Source of the DNA: Histomonas meleagridis 2922-C6/04-290x
Lineage: Eukaryota; Protista; Parabasalia
NCBI GenBank assembly: GCA_020184695.1
Contig: JAANOX010000271.1
Location: 321,888 to 385,887, forward strand
DNA: 64,000 nucleotides
Direction: 5' to 3'
This document shows positions 11,327 to 23,640 of the stretch, in pieces. The position numbers were made by a program, and so were the translations under genes. Numbering within the stretch: the stretch's first letter is position 1; each line of letters starts with the position of its first letter. The notes beneath the pieces are model-generated. The model made no database searches. It saw only the letters and a list, made by a program, of their open reading frames with translations, and was not told the origin of the DNA.

Positions 11327-12943
11327 TTACTTAGCCTCGAAGATGTAGCATGTTAATGCATCACAGTCTAAATTGAATCCACCGTTACCACTATATTCTT
11401 TGCCTGTGATCAATTCCTTGAAGCTTGAGCCACCACAGTTCACGTAGACAGTTGTTGGCAATGTTCCTGTGTTTACAACGAACACAATTTTAGTTTGGGT
11501 TTGGTCATCCCATTTGACATTAATTAGTGCGCCATCCTTTGTAGACACACTATTAGAACCTCTATACATTGCTGGATAGCTCAGACGTATATTCATTAAC
11601 TTAGCCGTATAATCGTGTAAATCTTGTTCATTAGTATTAAATCCGGAAATATGGCCATCTGTTCTCGCTACGTTATCACTAGCTGTACCATCACCACAGC
11701 CATAAGATTGCCAGCAATCTGCTATATCACCAACTTCATCTCCATAGTAAATAGTAATTGGTCCAGTATAAGCGGCCAAACAACCCAATGCGATCTTATA
11801 ACGCTTCCAATATGCTTCGTTACTTCTATCATAGCCATACTTACTACGGATCAAATTACCAAATCTCCATACATCATGATTCGTGATGAAAAGATTAGGA
11901 TAAACATCAGATGAATATCCTTTTTCACTTGGCGTCTTAAATACATTGGTAAGTGTGCTAACTCCATAGCCTCCAGCGCCACTTTCTTCTTGCGCAATAA
12001 CTTGGACAAGGTTGTAACGCGCTGGGAAGTCGAAGGCAGACTTAAGGCCGTCCTGTGAATATGTTTGTGATTGGATTTCACTTGTGCCGCTCCAATGTTC
12101 ACCGACCATGTAACCGAGCGTACCCCATTGTTTGCCTTGGTTCTTGCGTTCGTTACAAAGATCTTGAACTGCGGTACGGATTTCATACCAATAGTTGTGG
12201 TTGTTTTGGAATAATTGATAACATTGATCAAGACGCCAACCATCAATTTCATACTCACGGATCCAATATAAGGCAACTTCCTTGTAAAATTCAAGGCTGC
12301 CTGGATAAGAAACTGGATTACTGCTTCCTTGCGGATAATTGCCATTTGGTGATGCTTTAACATTGCCACCATGATGGCCGAAAACACCATCAAGGAAGAT
12401 GTACATGCCACGGTCATGACAGCCTTTGATAAGATTACGAAGATCATCGTTGGTACCAAACTTTGGATCAACATTGAAATAATCAGTGGCAAAGTAACCT
12501 GTGGATTGAAGTTTTTCACCACCACTGCCGCCAGTGGAGTCGAAAACTGGTGTAAGCCAAAGAGCATTGACATTAAGACCTTTGATGTAATCAAGTGCAT
12601 TAATAATACCCTTGAGATTTCCTTTGTGACTGCTTGGTCCATAACCAGTGCAATAGCATGTTGAACCATCGCCTTGGAATGATGAAACCATAACTTGGTA
12701 AATTGTAATTGAATTAAAATCAGTGTTTAATCCATTTGATACTGAATTTGAGGAAGTACCAACTGTGTTAGTTGTTGTTGTGGTTGTTGATGTTTTATTG
12801 CTTCTAAATGAAACAAAACCTATAACCATTCCAACGACTAAACCTATGCCAACACATAATGCAGCAATCCAATGCATCCTCCTACCCTTCTTTTTATCTT
12901 CTTGGTTTCTGGGAAGGAGAGGTTCGTTCTGGAACTCTTCCAT
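11327..12943 (-). CDS. GH13 alpha-amylase-family glycosidase with an N-terminal membrane anchor
   Basis: GDLxG-type GNLKGIINALDYIKGLNVNALWLTPVF, plus conserved regions DGVFGH, DGWRLD, GEHW, NHD and YYGDE. TM segment IAALCVGIGLVVGMVIGFVSF followed by a Thr/Ser stalk. Confidence 0.92.
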   Translation of the reverse strand: MEEFQNEPLLPRNQEDKKKGRRMHWIAALCVGIGLVVGMVIGFVSFRSNKTSTTTTTTNTVGTSSNSVSNGLNTDFNSITIYQVMVSSFQGDGSTCYCTGYGPSSHKGNLKGIINALDYIKGLNVNALWLTPVFDSTGGSGGEKLQSTGYFATDYFNVDPKFGTNDDLRNLIKGCHDRGMYIFLDGVFGHHGGNVKASPNGNYPQGSSNPVSYPGSLEFYKEVALYWIREYEIDGWRLDQCYQLFQNNHNYWYEIRTAVQDLCNERKNQGKQWGTLGYMVGEHWSGTSEIQSQTYSQDGLKSAFDFPARYNLVQVIAQEESGAGGYGVSTLTNVFKTPSEKGYSSDVYPNLFITNHDVWRFGNLIRSKYGYDRSNEAYWKRYKIALGCLAAYTGPITIYYGDEVGDIADCWQSYGCGDGTASDNVARTDGHISGFNTNEQDLHDYTAKLMNIRLSYPAMYRGSNSVSTKDGALINVKWDDQTQTKIVFVVNTGTLPTTVYVNCGGSSFKELITGKEYSGNGGFNLDCDALTCYIFEAK

Positions 12944-13706
12944 AAAATGAGCACCTGAATTGCATTCAAAACCTAAACTCCCCTTCAGAAATTTTCGAAC
13001 GATAGCTGTACAAAATAATAATCATCGTAACTAAGGTTATTATCGAATGCATTCAATATATTCTTTGAAACAAATTTGTTTAAAACATACTAAGAAACAG
13101 GTTGTGTATTGTTGCTTAGTTGTTACAATTAAATATCGTTACTTTGAATAAAATTTCTCAATTTAAATATAAGATTTAGATATGCTATCGTAGTTGTAAA
13201 TACAAATTATTTACATATAAATTTTATTTATGCTTAAATACCATTTGATTATCACTACATGCAAATATATTTTTTATATTTTTTCCTGATAGCAATTAAC
13301 AATAACAACAGCTACAACAATAGGATCAGCTGCTACAGCAGTACTAATGTAATTACACTACCAGCAGTACTAATGCAATTCCAAAAATTTGTTACTTTTA
13401 TAAAATTATTCTTGTGATTTTTTAACACTTTCACTAGAGAACATATCTAGTGCAATATCTATTACATCTTTGTATTACTTAAAAAAATTCTAAATAAACA
13501 ATATTGGTCTTAATATATTTCCAAACGTCAACTAATCACTCTGTACATCGATGTAGTGGAATTACATAATGCAAAAAGATTAATAACTTATTGGGATATC
13601 GTTCTTGTGTTTCCATCTGATTTTGTTTGATCAATTGGTCAATGATCGCACGCCCTTGATTTGAATTGACTAAGTTTGTCTAAAGATTTGGAAGATAAAA
13701 CTTTCA

Positions 13707-14414
13707 ATGTTACGATTGTTTTTCTTTCAAAAATTGGTTCACTCGAAAGCTAATTTGCAAATGAAATCACATGAACAAAAATATGGCATTTTTCTTTCTC
13801 AAATTGAATTAGGTGCACTTGGAACTAACTGCTACTGTTTTCCAATAGAAGGTGGTTGTGTAGTTATTGATCCAGCAATTCAATCTCCTATTTTAACTAA
13901 TTGGATTTCAGCGAATATTAAAGGTGGAAAACTTCATATTTATCTAACTCATGGCCATTTTGACCATATTGGTGGCGTTAATTCTCTTCTAGATTCTTTT
14001 CCAAATTCACAAGTGTATATTTATTCACCTGACTTTGAATTCTTATCAGATCCTAGTCTCAACCTATCAGCACTTGGCGGCCTAGTTATTAATGTTAAAG
14101 ATCTCACAAAAGTTCAAAAGGTTAATAATAATGAAAGTATTATTAATGGCAAATTAAAGGTTCTTGCACTACCTGGTCACACCCCTGGATGCTCTGGTCT
14201 GTATGATGAACAAAATGGTCTTATATTTGAAGGAGATACTCTTTTTAATGGAGGAATTGGGCGAACAGATTTTCCAAAAGGTAATCATGAAGAAATTCAA
14301 AAAAGCATTAAAAATGTCTTATTTAAGCTTCCTCCATCAACTGTTGTGTTCCCTGGTCATGGGCCGTCAACGACTATAGCAGCTGAATCAGCAAATAATT
14401 CATTATTTTATTAA
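13707..14414 (+). CDS. Metallo-beta-lactamase-fold hydrolase (glyoxalase II/YcbL-like)
   Basis: THGHFDHIGG (HxHxDH), PGHTPG, GDTLF..GIGRTD, PGHG motifs. Confidence 0.92.
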   Translation: MLRLFFFQKLVHSKANLQMKSHEQKYGIFLSQIELGALGTNCYCFPIEGGCVVIDPAIQSPILTNWISANIKGGKLHIYLTHGHFDHIGGVNSLLDSFPNSQVYIYSPDFEFLSDPSLNLSALGGLVINVKDLTKVQKVNNNESIINGKLKVLALPGHTPGCSGLYDEQNGLIFEGDTLFNGGIGRTDFPKGNHEEIQKSIKNVLFKLPPSTVVFPGHGPSTTIAAESANNSLFY

Positions 14415-14560
14415 ACATTTGAGTAAAATTACAAAAGAAATTTCTTAAACAGGATAAAATATGTCTTAAGTACTTCTTGCAAAAATATTTTTTATTGATG
14501 AAAAAAAAAAATAATTTCTTAAAAATTTATGAAGGCATAAAGATGGAGTTTTTACGTAAT

Positions 14561-14872
14561 TTAATCAAAGAGATCATCGAAGCCACCAGTCATTTCAACT
14601 ACTTCTTCTTCTTCCTTCTTTTCTTCTTCCTTAACTTCTGCAGTAGTGGCAGCAGCAGCTGGAGCAGCACCTCCACCAACAACGGAGAGTTTTGAAGATC
14701 CTTCTTTGATAAGTTCTTCGATGTTCTTGCCATTTAATTTTTCAAGAAGAGCATCAATTGCCTTTGCATCAACTTGAATTCCAACACTTTCGAGAATTGC
14801 TGTGATCTTTTCTTTTGATGGGGAAGCATCACCACCAGCTTGTGCAAGAAGATAAGCAGCAATGTATTTCAT
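14561..14872 (-). CDS. RPLP2: 60S acidic ribosomal protein P2
   Basis: [11 protein letters not shown]-terminus, Ala-rich hinge, acidic tail ending GGFDDLFD. Confidence 0.95.
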   Translation of the reverse strand: MKYIAAYLLAQAGGDASPSKEKITAILESVGIQVDAKAIDALLEKLNGKNIEELIKEGSSKLSVVGGGAAPAAAATTAEVKEEEKKEEEEVVEMTGGFDDLFD

Positions 14873-15096
14873 ATTTGAAAAGGTCAGCCATGGCTGACGG
14901 TTAATCGTTTAAAAAGTGGAAATTTGTTGCATTTCGTTCATTTTTATAGCTGCATTATTAATATCCACATATTTAACAATAACACATTTCAAGTCCTCAA
15001 ATAAACTATTAATATCCGTATATGTGGTTTATTCTATATATTTACATTGATTGGAAAATATTTTTAGCAAATTGTTAATTATGCTTCATAAAGATT

Positions 15097-15684
15097 CTAC
15101 TTGTATTGATTATTACAGTTGTTAATTGGATTTTTTGAAAAAATTTCAGGTTCTTGAGGCATACCATAGTTTGTCTTTAATATTAATATTAAAAATATTA
15201 AAAATAATACATGAGTAAACACGTAATATGGAAACAAAAGGGAAATATTTCGTCCAGCTTCAAAACATCCCCCAATTACATTATTTCTAAGATCTTCCGA
15301 AATATTGAAAATTTCAACGCAGGTTTTGGTCGACGTTTGAATTATAGATATAATCTGTACTACAACTGAAACGATGGTATTTAGGACATTTAACCAGACA
15401 AAAGGTCTAATGTCTTTAAAATGACATGAGCTAAAATGTATACATAAAGAAATAAATGAAAACAATATTTCAAGTGCAGTGGTAACAAGTAAAATTATTG
15501 TGCAAGGTTCAAAATTTTTTTTATAGTAAGCTACTCCTTCTTTTGAATAATATGTAAAATTAGGTGAATTGCTTTCCCATAATGCCAAAATAATAATTGA
15601 CCATATCAAACTAGTAAAATAAAGAAAAGCATGTAATACATTTTTGATATTTATTCGATTAAGATTCATATTTTCATCAAACAT
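15097..15684 (-). CDS. Hypothetical membrane protein (about 4 TM segments)
   Basis: 195-aa ORF with four hydrophobic stretches. Confidence 0.65.
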   Translation of the reverse strand: MFDENMNLNRINIKNVLHAFLYFTSLIWSIIILALWESNSPNFTYYSKEGVAYYKKNFEPCTIILLVTTALEILFSFISLCIHFSSCHFKDIRPFVWLNVLNTIVSVVVQIISIIQTSTKTCVEIFNISEDLRNNVIGGCFEAGRNISLLFPYYVFTHVLFLIFLILILKTNYGMPQEPEIFSKNPINNCNNQYK

Positions 15685-16155
15685 GAAGTATGATGATGTT
15701 AGGTTCTTAGTTGGACGGCTTTATTCACAAAATTGGTGCAGTAGATGATCGGAATGCATTCAAATTAACCGGGACATCTATAGAATTATAGCGGTTGAAA
15801 ATTGGTTTTTTTGTTTTCAAAGTAATTTGTTGTAACAATGTATACATTTGCTGTATAATTACTGTCAAATAATTTTATGAAACGCTAAACAGGATTAAAC
15901 ATGTAGCATACATTTTATTTTGCAATTTGTTAAATAAGATTTATACATTTTTTTCTGATATTTTAAGTTACCTTATATCTTTAATTTGAATATAAATTAA
16001 TATTAATTAATTAATCAAAAAACTTATTATTTTTTTATTAATCTGATGTTTGCACAGTATTTTCGTTAAAAATGTGTTAGCTTCAGCTTTATGTAATAAA
16101 AAATCTATTCGACCAGTTATAAAAGTGCTGCAAATTATTCCAACACAAGTAATCG

Positions 16156-19100
16156 ATGGATTCTTTGCTTAATTCTCTTGAATTAATCACAAAATCCAAG
16201 ATAGTACTCCAGCCAAATCAAACAATTCAAACTCAACTTTTACCTCTTCATAAAGAATTATTAAATCAACAAGATCATCAAATATTATCCAGAGCAGAAC
16301 AAATCCTTCTTTCGTTACTCAATGTAAACGGAGGTGATCTTACACCACAATGTTCCACATATATTGGAGAACTTTTAGTTTCTATTTATCAACATGATCA
16401 AAACAAACATTTATGGAATTTAATATCATTAGTTTCTGATAAGCCAAATAAAGCAAACATATATGCACTTAAACGTGTTGTTGGAAAAATCGGCAAATAT
16501 TCCAAATCCTCTCTTACTCAAGTAACCAAATCATTAATTTCCATCAAACGACAAAATCTTCAATATCCATCACTTTTAGCCTTACGCACCTTATTTAAGG
16601 TCTGTGGTGATGTACTTAAAGATTATTCTAACTCTGCCTTTAATTTTTCGAAATCACAAATCCAATCATCAGATGAAGCAACACAAATTGCATCCATTCG
16701 TCTTGTCCAAACATTAATTAGTCTCTTCAAACTTGATCAAAAGAAAGTCATTTCATACATACAACTTGCATTTACACATTCCAAAAGCATTTTTGTTACT
16801 TGCGCCGCATCACAACTTGTCTCAATTTTGTCAACTTTACACATTACAAAAGGCAAAAGTGGTTTAATCACAGATTCAGACAATCCATCCACCATTGATT
16901 TTGTTATTACCAAAGAAAAGACGAAAGACACATCTTTAGATCGAGCATTTGATATCATATTACAATTTAAAGATCATTTTTCATTAATTTTTGAACGATT
17001 TTTGGATTATTGTCCACCGCAATATATATATTCAAATGCAAATCGAATTTTCCAATATCTTTTAACACATTCGCCAACTGATTTCCCTAAACTTACATCA
17101 TTTTTCTCGAAGGATGTTCGCTTAACCTTTTTTAAGTCATTATATGATCAAAAACATGTAAACTTAAAGATGTTAATGTTAGCGACATATGATGATGATA
17201 CAGCACGTGAAGCGACGCGAATTTTTAATGATATGATATGGAATGAAAAAGGTGAAAAGCGTAAAGATTCACGTTCATTCTTTTTGAACTTAGCACAATC
17301 ATATCCAAGTTTAGCATTTGAAACATTACATGTTTCGATTCATTTCCTCGCAATGCCACCTGATGGAGAACCGACAGTAATGCAACAAATGAAAGGAATG
17401 GGCACAATTGTAAACATATTATTTTCTGTGACGAAATTTGAGTTACCAGAAACAGATATTAAATTATTACGGAAATTTATCGAAACTTCAATTGAACAAT
17501 GCGCTAATGATCAAACATATTTGATTCCATTATTATTAGTTATTGAAGCTGTGCCAAAACATTATTATGAAAATATTGATGTCAAACCCATTTTAGAAAA
17601 ATATGCAAAATTTTATATGGAAACAAATTATAAAAAATCGAAAACACAATTCCCAATTAATTATATTGAATCATTATTAATATATTTATCAACTGATTCG
17701 GATTATCCTTTTGTTAATCAATATTTAGAATTTTGTTTTAATAATGTAACAAATAATTTATCTGTTTCAGGTTTAATTGCATTATTAAAACTTGCTTTAA
17801 AAATCGAATTAACTTCATCATTTATTTTATCATTATTAACATTTTATCTTAATAAAATTTCATCGTTAAGTGTTTCTAATAAAATTGTTCGACAAAGAAT
17901 TCCAACATTAATGAAAACACAAGAAGAAATATTTGAAAAACCAAATCAACTTACAAATACACAATATTCGACATTTTATATTCCACAATCGATGTTACTT
18001 CAACTTTCATGTGAATATATACCAAAAATATTTGTGAAACTTGATAAAGGCAACAAGAAAACATTTATTAATTTAATCCAACAATTATTAAATAATAAAT
18101 CAATACAATATATATTATTAACATTATATCAGAATAAAGAATCACTTGAGAAAATACCAAAAGATTTACATCTAAATTTATTAAATCATCTTAATCAAAA
18201 CAATGATTTATCATTACAAATGATATGTGAATGTATTGGAATTCATATATCGAAATATAATAATTCTACACCAATTTATAAATATATACAACAAAATAAT
18301 AATGTTTCATCATGTTTTATCGAAGCATCAATCATTCGTAATAATAATTTAAGTGAAAGAGAATTAGCTGATTATCTTGTAGGTGCAGCAATTCGTCTAA
18401 CAAATCCAACAATAGCAAAGTATGGACTTTATGAATTATCAGTAATATATGAAACTAAATCAGTACAAATTGTATCAATGATGATTGGAGAACAACAACT
18501 TCAACAAATTTTAACTTATTCTTATCAAAATCAAGAACAATCTGTTTATCAATATTATTTAATATATTCATGTTTCGAAAAATTAATTCCGATTTTATTC
18601 CCAAGTATACAATCAATTAGTACGACAAATTTATTAACTTTATCATTACAATTATTATTATTTTCACAAATTCCATTTTGTAAAAAATTCTTTTTAGATT
18701 TATATCGTGGAGTTGCAGCATTTTCGAAAGATATTTTAATACATTTCGATATTAAAATTCCTATTTCTTTATATCAAGAAACTTCGATTAAACTTTCAGC
18801 TTGTGGTGCATTATCTGATCGATTAAAAGTTACTCCATGTTCAGAAGATTTATTAAAATATATTCCATCATTCTTTTTATTATTACAAAAAACTCAAGAT
18901 CAACGAGTTCATAATTTTATAATTTCAGCTGCAAAATTATTTACAGAGAAACCAATTAATGAAATTACATCCGAAGAATTAAATCATTGGTTTAATTTAA
19001 CGAAACGAATTTTATCAAATAATTCTATGTTTGGTTTTGGTACATTTATAGTTGAACCAAATCCATCTGTTAAAAAATGTTCATTAGAATTAATAGTTAT

Positions 19101-20814
19101 TTTATTTCCAATTCTTGTAAAATATGAACCATTACAAGTTTCATGTTTAGATGATATAATGACATCTGTTATTCGTTCGATTGAAACTAATCGTATTGAT
19201 TTACAAGAGATTTCATATCCAATAATATCGAAAGTATTTAGTAACTTTCCAAATTATAAAACAGAAAATGGTATTCGTTTATTATCACTTTATGAATCAC
19301 AATTTTCAGTTGCTTCACGTTTTGCATTTCCTAATTCTGTTGAAATATCATCTGATTTCTTAGTGAATTATTTAGATTTTAGTTTCGAAGAATATAATAA
19401 AAATCCTGAAGCATGTGAAATGATTGTTGAGAATTATACTAAAGGTTTACGAATGATGAAGAATAAAACTACTGGATTTTATAAAATCGCTTCTAATTTA
19501 TGTCGAATATCAATGAATAATGATGAAATATTTAATACATTTAAAGATTTTTATAAATCATTACCGGAATCATTTTGTTCATTAATCATTGATTCTATTA
19601 AATTAAGAACATCACAAACAGATTGGAAACAAATCACTGAATATCGAAAACAAATTTCACCATTTTATACAAATCTTTTAACTTCTTATATTTGGTTAAA
19701 GAAGAAATTTGATATTAATGATATCATTGATTATGTCAGTTTTTCATCATTTTTATTATATGAATTAACATCATCATCTGAAAGTTGGAGAACATTTGCA
19801 GCGTTTTCATCATTAACAGAGATATTACGTTATTATGGTCATCAATTAATCCCAGAATTAAATGAATTAATTACAAGTTCAATGGTAAATTCATGTAAAC
19901 AAAACTCATTACTTTTAAGTTCATTAGTTTCGGACTTTTTATTATGTTCTTGTCGAACTACAAAAGAAAACTCTAAACTTTGGAGTTCATTAGCATTCAC
20001 AGCACTTAATTATCGATGTAATGCTGAATCGATTGGATTAATCTTAAAGAATTGTTCGAAAGAAATTATTATTCCAACTATATGTAAATTTGTTGATTTT
20101 ATCATACTTGAATTATATGAAAAGATTATAAATGTAAATGAAGCATTAGCTTTAATGACAATAATATATGAAATATCAAATGATGCAATTCCTTCAGTGA
20201 TTTATCATTTGTTCGAATCCGAACATAAAATTGAGCCAAAGTTTAAAATAATTGCTTATAAAAGAGCGATTTTAAGAAACCAATCATTTGTTTCCATTAA
20301 TAAAGTCGCTTCATTCTTCATGAATAATTTAAGTAATGAAGTTTTATGTATTATTGGAAACATAATATTAAAAGCACCAAAAATTGGTATCGAATTATTA
20401 AAAAGAGGAATTCTAAATAAAGTGTTAAATGGAATCGAAGGAATAGATTGCATTAATTACCTTTATTTCTTGGAATTAATTGTGAATAATTTCAAAGATA
20501 ATAAAGAGGTAATTAAAGAAGTTGCAATTTCTTCATTAAAAATGTTACGCACATTTGGTAATGATAGAAATAGAGGTAAAAACGTCGCATCAATTGTCGT
20601 CAACTTAATGATAAAATGCGAAGAAACTTTTAATGGAATTGCCGAAGCAGTTTTTAATGAAAATGATATAGAAAGGAAAAACGAAATCAACAAAATCCTA
20701 CAAAAATTCGCTTCACATAAAACTGTGAAGAGAGTTTCACTTAAAACTTTCTCTTCTAACGTTAGAAGAAAACAAGAAGATGAAGGAGAATGGCAATCAT
20801 TAGAAATAGAATGA
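16156..20814 (+). CDS. Large HEAT/ARM solenoid protein, HEATR5/Laa1-like
   Basis: 1552-aa Leu/Ile-rich helical ORF with an acidic W-containing C-tail (EDEGEWQSLEIE). The family assignment is by recalled resemblance only. Confidence 0.5.
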   Translation: MDSLLNSLELITKSKIVLQPNQTIQTQLLPLHKELLNQQDHQILSRAEQILLSLLNVNGGDLTPQCSTYIGELLVSIYQHDQNKHLWNLISLVSDKPNKANIYALKRVVGKIGKYSKSSLTQVTKSLISIKRQNLQYPSLLALRTLFKVCGDVLKDYSNSAFNFSKSQIQSSDEATQIASIRLVQTLISLFKLDQKKVISYIQLAFTHSKSIFVTCAASQLVSILSTLHITKGKSGLITDSDNPSTIDFVITKEKTKDTSLDRAFDIILQFKDHFSLIFERFLDYCPPQYIYSNANRIFQYLLTHSPTDFPKLTSFFSKDVRLTFFKSLYDQKHVNLKMLMLATYDDDTAREATRIFNDMIWNEKGEKRKDSRSFFLNLAQSYPSLAFETLHVSIHFLAMPPDGEPTVMQQMKGMGTIVNILFSVTKFELPETDIKLLRKFIETSIEQCANDQTYLIPLLLVIEAVPKHYYENIDVKPILEKYAKFYMETNYKKSKTQFPINYIESLLIYLSTDSDYPFVNQYLEFCFNNVTNNLSVSGLIALLKLALKIELTSSFILSLLTFYLNKISSLSVSNKIVRQRIPTLMKTQEEIFEKPNQLTNTQYSTFYIPQSMLLQLSCEYIPKIFVKLDKGNKKTFINLIQQLLNNKSIQYILLTLYQNKESLEKIPKDLHLNLLNHLNQNNDLSLQMICECIGIHISKYNNSTPIYKYIQQNNNVSSCFIEASIIRNNNLSERELADYLVGAAIRLTNPTIAKYGLYELSVIYETKSVQIVSMMIGEQQLQQILTYSYQNQEQSVYQYYLIYSCFEKLIPILFPSIQSISTTNLLTLSLQLLLFSQIPFCKKFFLDLYRGVAAFSKDILIHFDIKIPISLYQETSIKLSACGALSDRLKVTPCSEDLLKYIPSFFLLLQKTQDQRVHNFIISAAKLFTEKPINEITSEELNHWFNLTKRILSNNSMFGFGTFIVEPNPSVKKCSLELIVILFPILVKYEPLQVSCLDDIMTSVIRSIETNRIDLQEISYPIISKVFSNFPNYKTENGIRLLSLYESQFSVASRFAFPNSVEISSDFLVNYLDFSFEEYNKNPEACEMIVENYTKGLRMMKNKTTGFYKIASNLCRISMNNDEIFNTFKDFYKSLPESFCSLIIDSIKLRTSQTDWKQITEYRKQISPFYTNLLTSYIWLKKKFDINDIIDYVSFSSFLLYELTSSSESWRTFAAFSSLTEILRYYGHQLIPELNELITSSMVNSCKQNSLLLSSLVSDFLLCSCRTTKENSKLWSSLAFTALNYRCNAESIGLILKNCSKEIIIPTICKFVDFIILELYEKIINVNEALALMTIIYEISNDAIPSVIYHLFESEHKIEPKFKIIAYKRAILRNQSFVSINKVASFFMNNLSNEVLCIIGNIILKAPKIGIELLKRGILNKVLNGIEGIDCINYLYFLELIVNNFKDNKEVIKEVAISSLKMLRTFGNDRNRGKNVASIVVNLMIKCEETFNGIAEAVFNENDIERKNEINKILQKFASHKTVKRVSLKTFSSNVRRKQEDEGEWQSLEIE

Positions 20815-21075
20815 TATAATAACGTTATTTAAAAAAAACGAATTTCGATTTAAAAAGTGGATTTTTTGAGAGGTCGTTATGTGTTTTTGAATGGATTTGG
20901 GATTTCGGTTTCTTGCGATAAATCAGATTTTTGAATGAGGCTTAAATTTTTGCCACTCAAAAAAAGGAGGATTGACATTCAAATTTTGGCCGTGCACATT
21001 GAAATTAAAAAAAAGAAATTGGTCGAATGATTGTTTAATCTTCTATTTTAATCTATCTAAAGTACGCATTTCACC

Positions 21076-21609
21076 TTAGAACAACGAGATACTAGAGGTT
21101 CTAACATCATAGATAATTCCGGGAAAATTTCCTCTTCTCACTATATCAAATACACTGGGGGCCGCTTCAGAGCGCTCTGAAATCGGTGAGGGCTGCGGAA
21201 GCGTTGGAGGTGGTGATATTGATGTGTTTGAAAAGAGCATTTGAGGCTGAATTTGCTTCGGCTCAGCTGATTTTGAAGTAAAACGAGGCTGGTATGTTAT
21301 TTCGTTTTGTTGTTGCATTCCTTGAGGTCCTATGCAGAGCCGAGCAACTCTGAAATGTTTGGATTTGCGTGGAATACGGAATCCATTTGATTGTTGTGGG
21401 TAGGAATTTACAAACATTCCTGGAACCCATATACCATTTGACGCTTGCTGGGATGAAGAAGGAAGGGATGACGGGTGTGAAACCTTCATCTTCTGGGTGA
21501 CTTGTTGCTTTTTGTTGGGACTCCCGTTCAATTTTTTTCTGTGGGGTGTTTCCTTTTTTTTAATTCTTGAATTTTGCGGTAAATAAATATATTTGTTAAT
21601 TATAATCAA
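21076..21609 (-). CDS. Hypothetical low-complexity P/Q/S-rich protein (likely starts at the internal MKVSHP)
   Basis: ORF with higher GC than its flanks; no recognisable domain. Confidence 0.5.
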   Translation of the reverse strand: MIIINKYIYLPQNSRIKKKETPHRKKLNGSPNKKQQVTQKMKVSHPSSLPSSSQQASNGIWVPGMFVNSYPQQSNGFRIPRKSKHFRVARLCIGPQGMQQQNEITYQPRFTSKSAEPKQIQPQMLFSNTSISPPPTLPQPSPISERSEAAPSVFDIVRRGNFPGIIYDVRTSSISLF

Positions 21610-22809
21610 GGATTAATTTCGAATATATAATGTGTATTATTATATTCATTTGAATTGATTTTTTATGAATTATATGTGGAGATAAAAATACACGAATTTT
21701 TACCAATTTTACGATAGCTCTCAATTTGTGTGTCATTCAAATAATCTGGCAAGCCCTGAAAATTTGTGTTTTGCTAAATTTCCAAATTATTCTTGGCGCT
21801 TTGTTTTTTGAACCGCGAAAAACTTTAACGATTAATATCTACATGAGTGTGACCATATAAGAAATTATCTTTTAGCTTAACACAAAAACAATACTTTTAC
21901 TCTCTACCAGGGAGAAAAAAAAATTTTACCCAGAAGTCAAATCGCTATGGTTCTAACAAATTTGAATGCGTATCGTTGTCGGATGTCGGAATTTGTATTT
22001 CATATGATCGTGCAATATGCGGTTTTTTCACTGTTTTGCTCAAACTATTTCAATGCAATTGAATTGTAATAAAAAATCATCAATGGCAGAAAAATGCCCA
22101 GTTATGGGTGTAAAGTATCCAAATTTGTTTGTAACAACTCAATTTTTGCGGGTGATCTGTCAAACAAAACTGTACTAAGAAATCATATGTGAAATTTTTT
22201 TAAACCTCCAATTTCTCATTATGTTCGAACTCGCCTCGAGCCAACCTTTAGCTTCCAACAAAGATCCCAATGGAAACCTTTTCATCTTTGAAAAATTTGT
22301 TTTAAAACCAAGAATGTCCATGGCTTTTAAATGATTTATTCAAATGTGTTTTCTGAGAGTAAATTTTCAATGAAAAGTGGTGATTATTTTAAGTAAAGTT
22401 ATGAAATATTACAACTTTCGATGAATGACAAATTCCCTTAACCAAAAGCAATGTTCCCGCTAAGTCATAGCAAAAACTAAAAAACATTCGCTGGCACTCT
22501 CAATAAGATTACAATGCTTATAAACACATTATAGAAACAAGTTATGAATAATACTTGAAAGTCATACATCATTAATTTAGGTTTGAACTATCTCCAGCCA
22601 CACGAAACAAATTTGTATGATCAAAGAAACCGATGATTTAATTTAGGAAATGGGAAATTTATGATTAAAGCATAGGAAAAAATGACATATAGTTTTATGT
22701 TTCCAATATTTTACAAAGTGATTTTCATTTTGCCGTGAGATTTTGTAGATAGTTGTCGTAACAATTTTTTAATTTAATGTGACCTCAGCGGTGCGTTTAT
22801 TTAAATAGC

Positions 22810-23320
22810 AAACATTTGTATTTTTATTTACAAAGCATCCAAGTGAAATTTATATCTCTGCAAACATATTTATTGGATTATATAACCCATCGAATATATG
22901 TTGTGATTACTTTGGCTCATGGCGTGCGATGGAAAAATTATATGAAGCCAATTGACCTTCTTCTTGACCTTTGCATGCATGTAAAGATTGTAATACAAGT
23001 TAATCAAATTGAAGCTAAACCATTTAATCACCAAATCAAACTTTTCGAACTCGTAAACGAATACAAGTTTTATGCTATGGGATTGGGCTCTCTTGCTGAA
23101 GGTATCTTCCAAAATGAAATGCTTAAGAAGATTTGCGATGCACATGGAAAAAAACAATTGCTCAAGTTGCATTAAGATGGGAAACACTGAGAAACATTTG
23201 TGGAATTCGAAATGAGCGCATTATCGAGAACTTTAACATTTGGGACTTCAAAATCACTGATGAAGAAATGAACGAAAATGCTAAATTAGATAAAATACAT
23301 TGGGAAATTTGGAATTGGAG
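22810..23320 (+). pseudogene. Aldo/keto reductase (2,5-DKG reductase-like) pseudogene fragment
   Basis: Pieces in different frames: DYFGSWRAMEKLYE, QVNQIE..PFNHQ, LAEGIFQNEMLKKI, KTIAQVALRW, ERIIENFNIWDFKIT. Confidence 0.8.
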
Positions 23321-23640
23321 TGATTTTAGAATTATGCTCAACCATGTTGAGGAGAATGTATAAGGTAGTAAACCATTAGTTAACTTCATTAACACCTCAA
23401 AAGGTTTTCGATTTGTGATAAATTGCCACAAATAATCGTTGCTGAATGGGAATTTGTTGCAAGTTTATTATTTGAACCGAGTGAATATATCGTTTGTTCT
23501 TTTTATAAGGTTCCTGTAAAATTTGGACGACTTATTGTAGAAGAGGAATCTGAATTAAATTTTTCGTTTGTACTTTATATTTTTTTCACGAAGTAAATTT
23601 ACTATTTCTATGTAACCTTTTTGCTGTGCAATTTGAGTCG

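Noticed and set aside
13300-13380. Short duplicated cagcagtactaatg segments
   Set aside because: Two short copies in intergenic DNA with no supporting structure.
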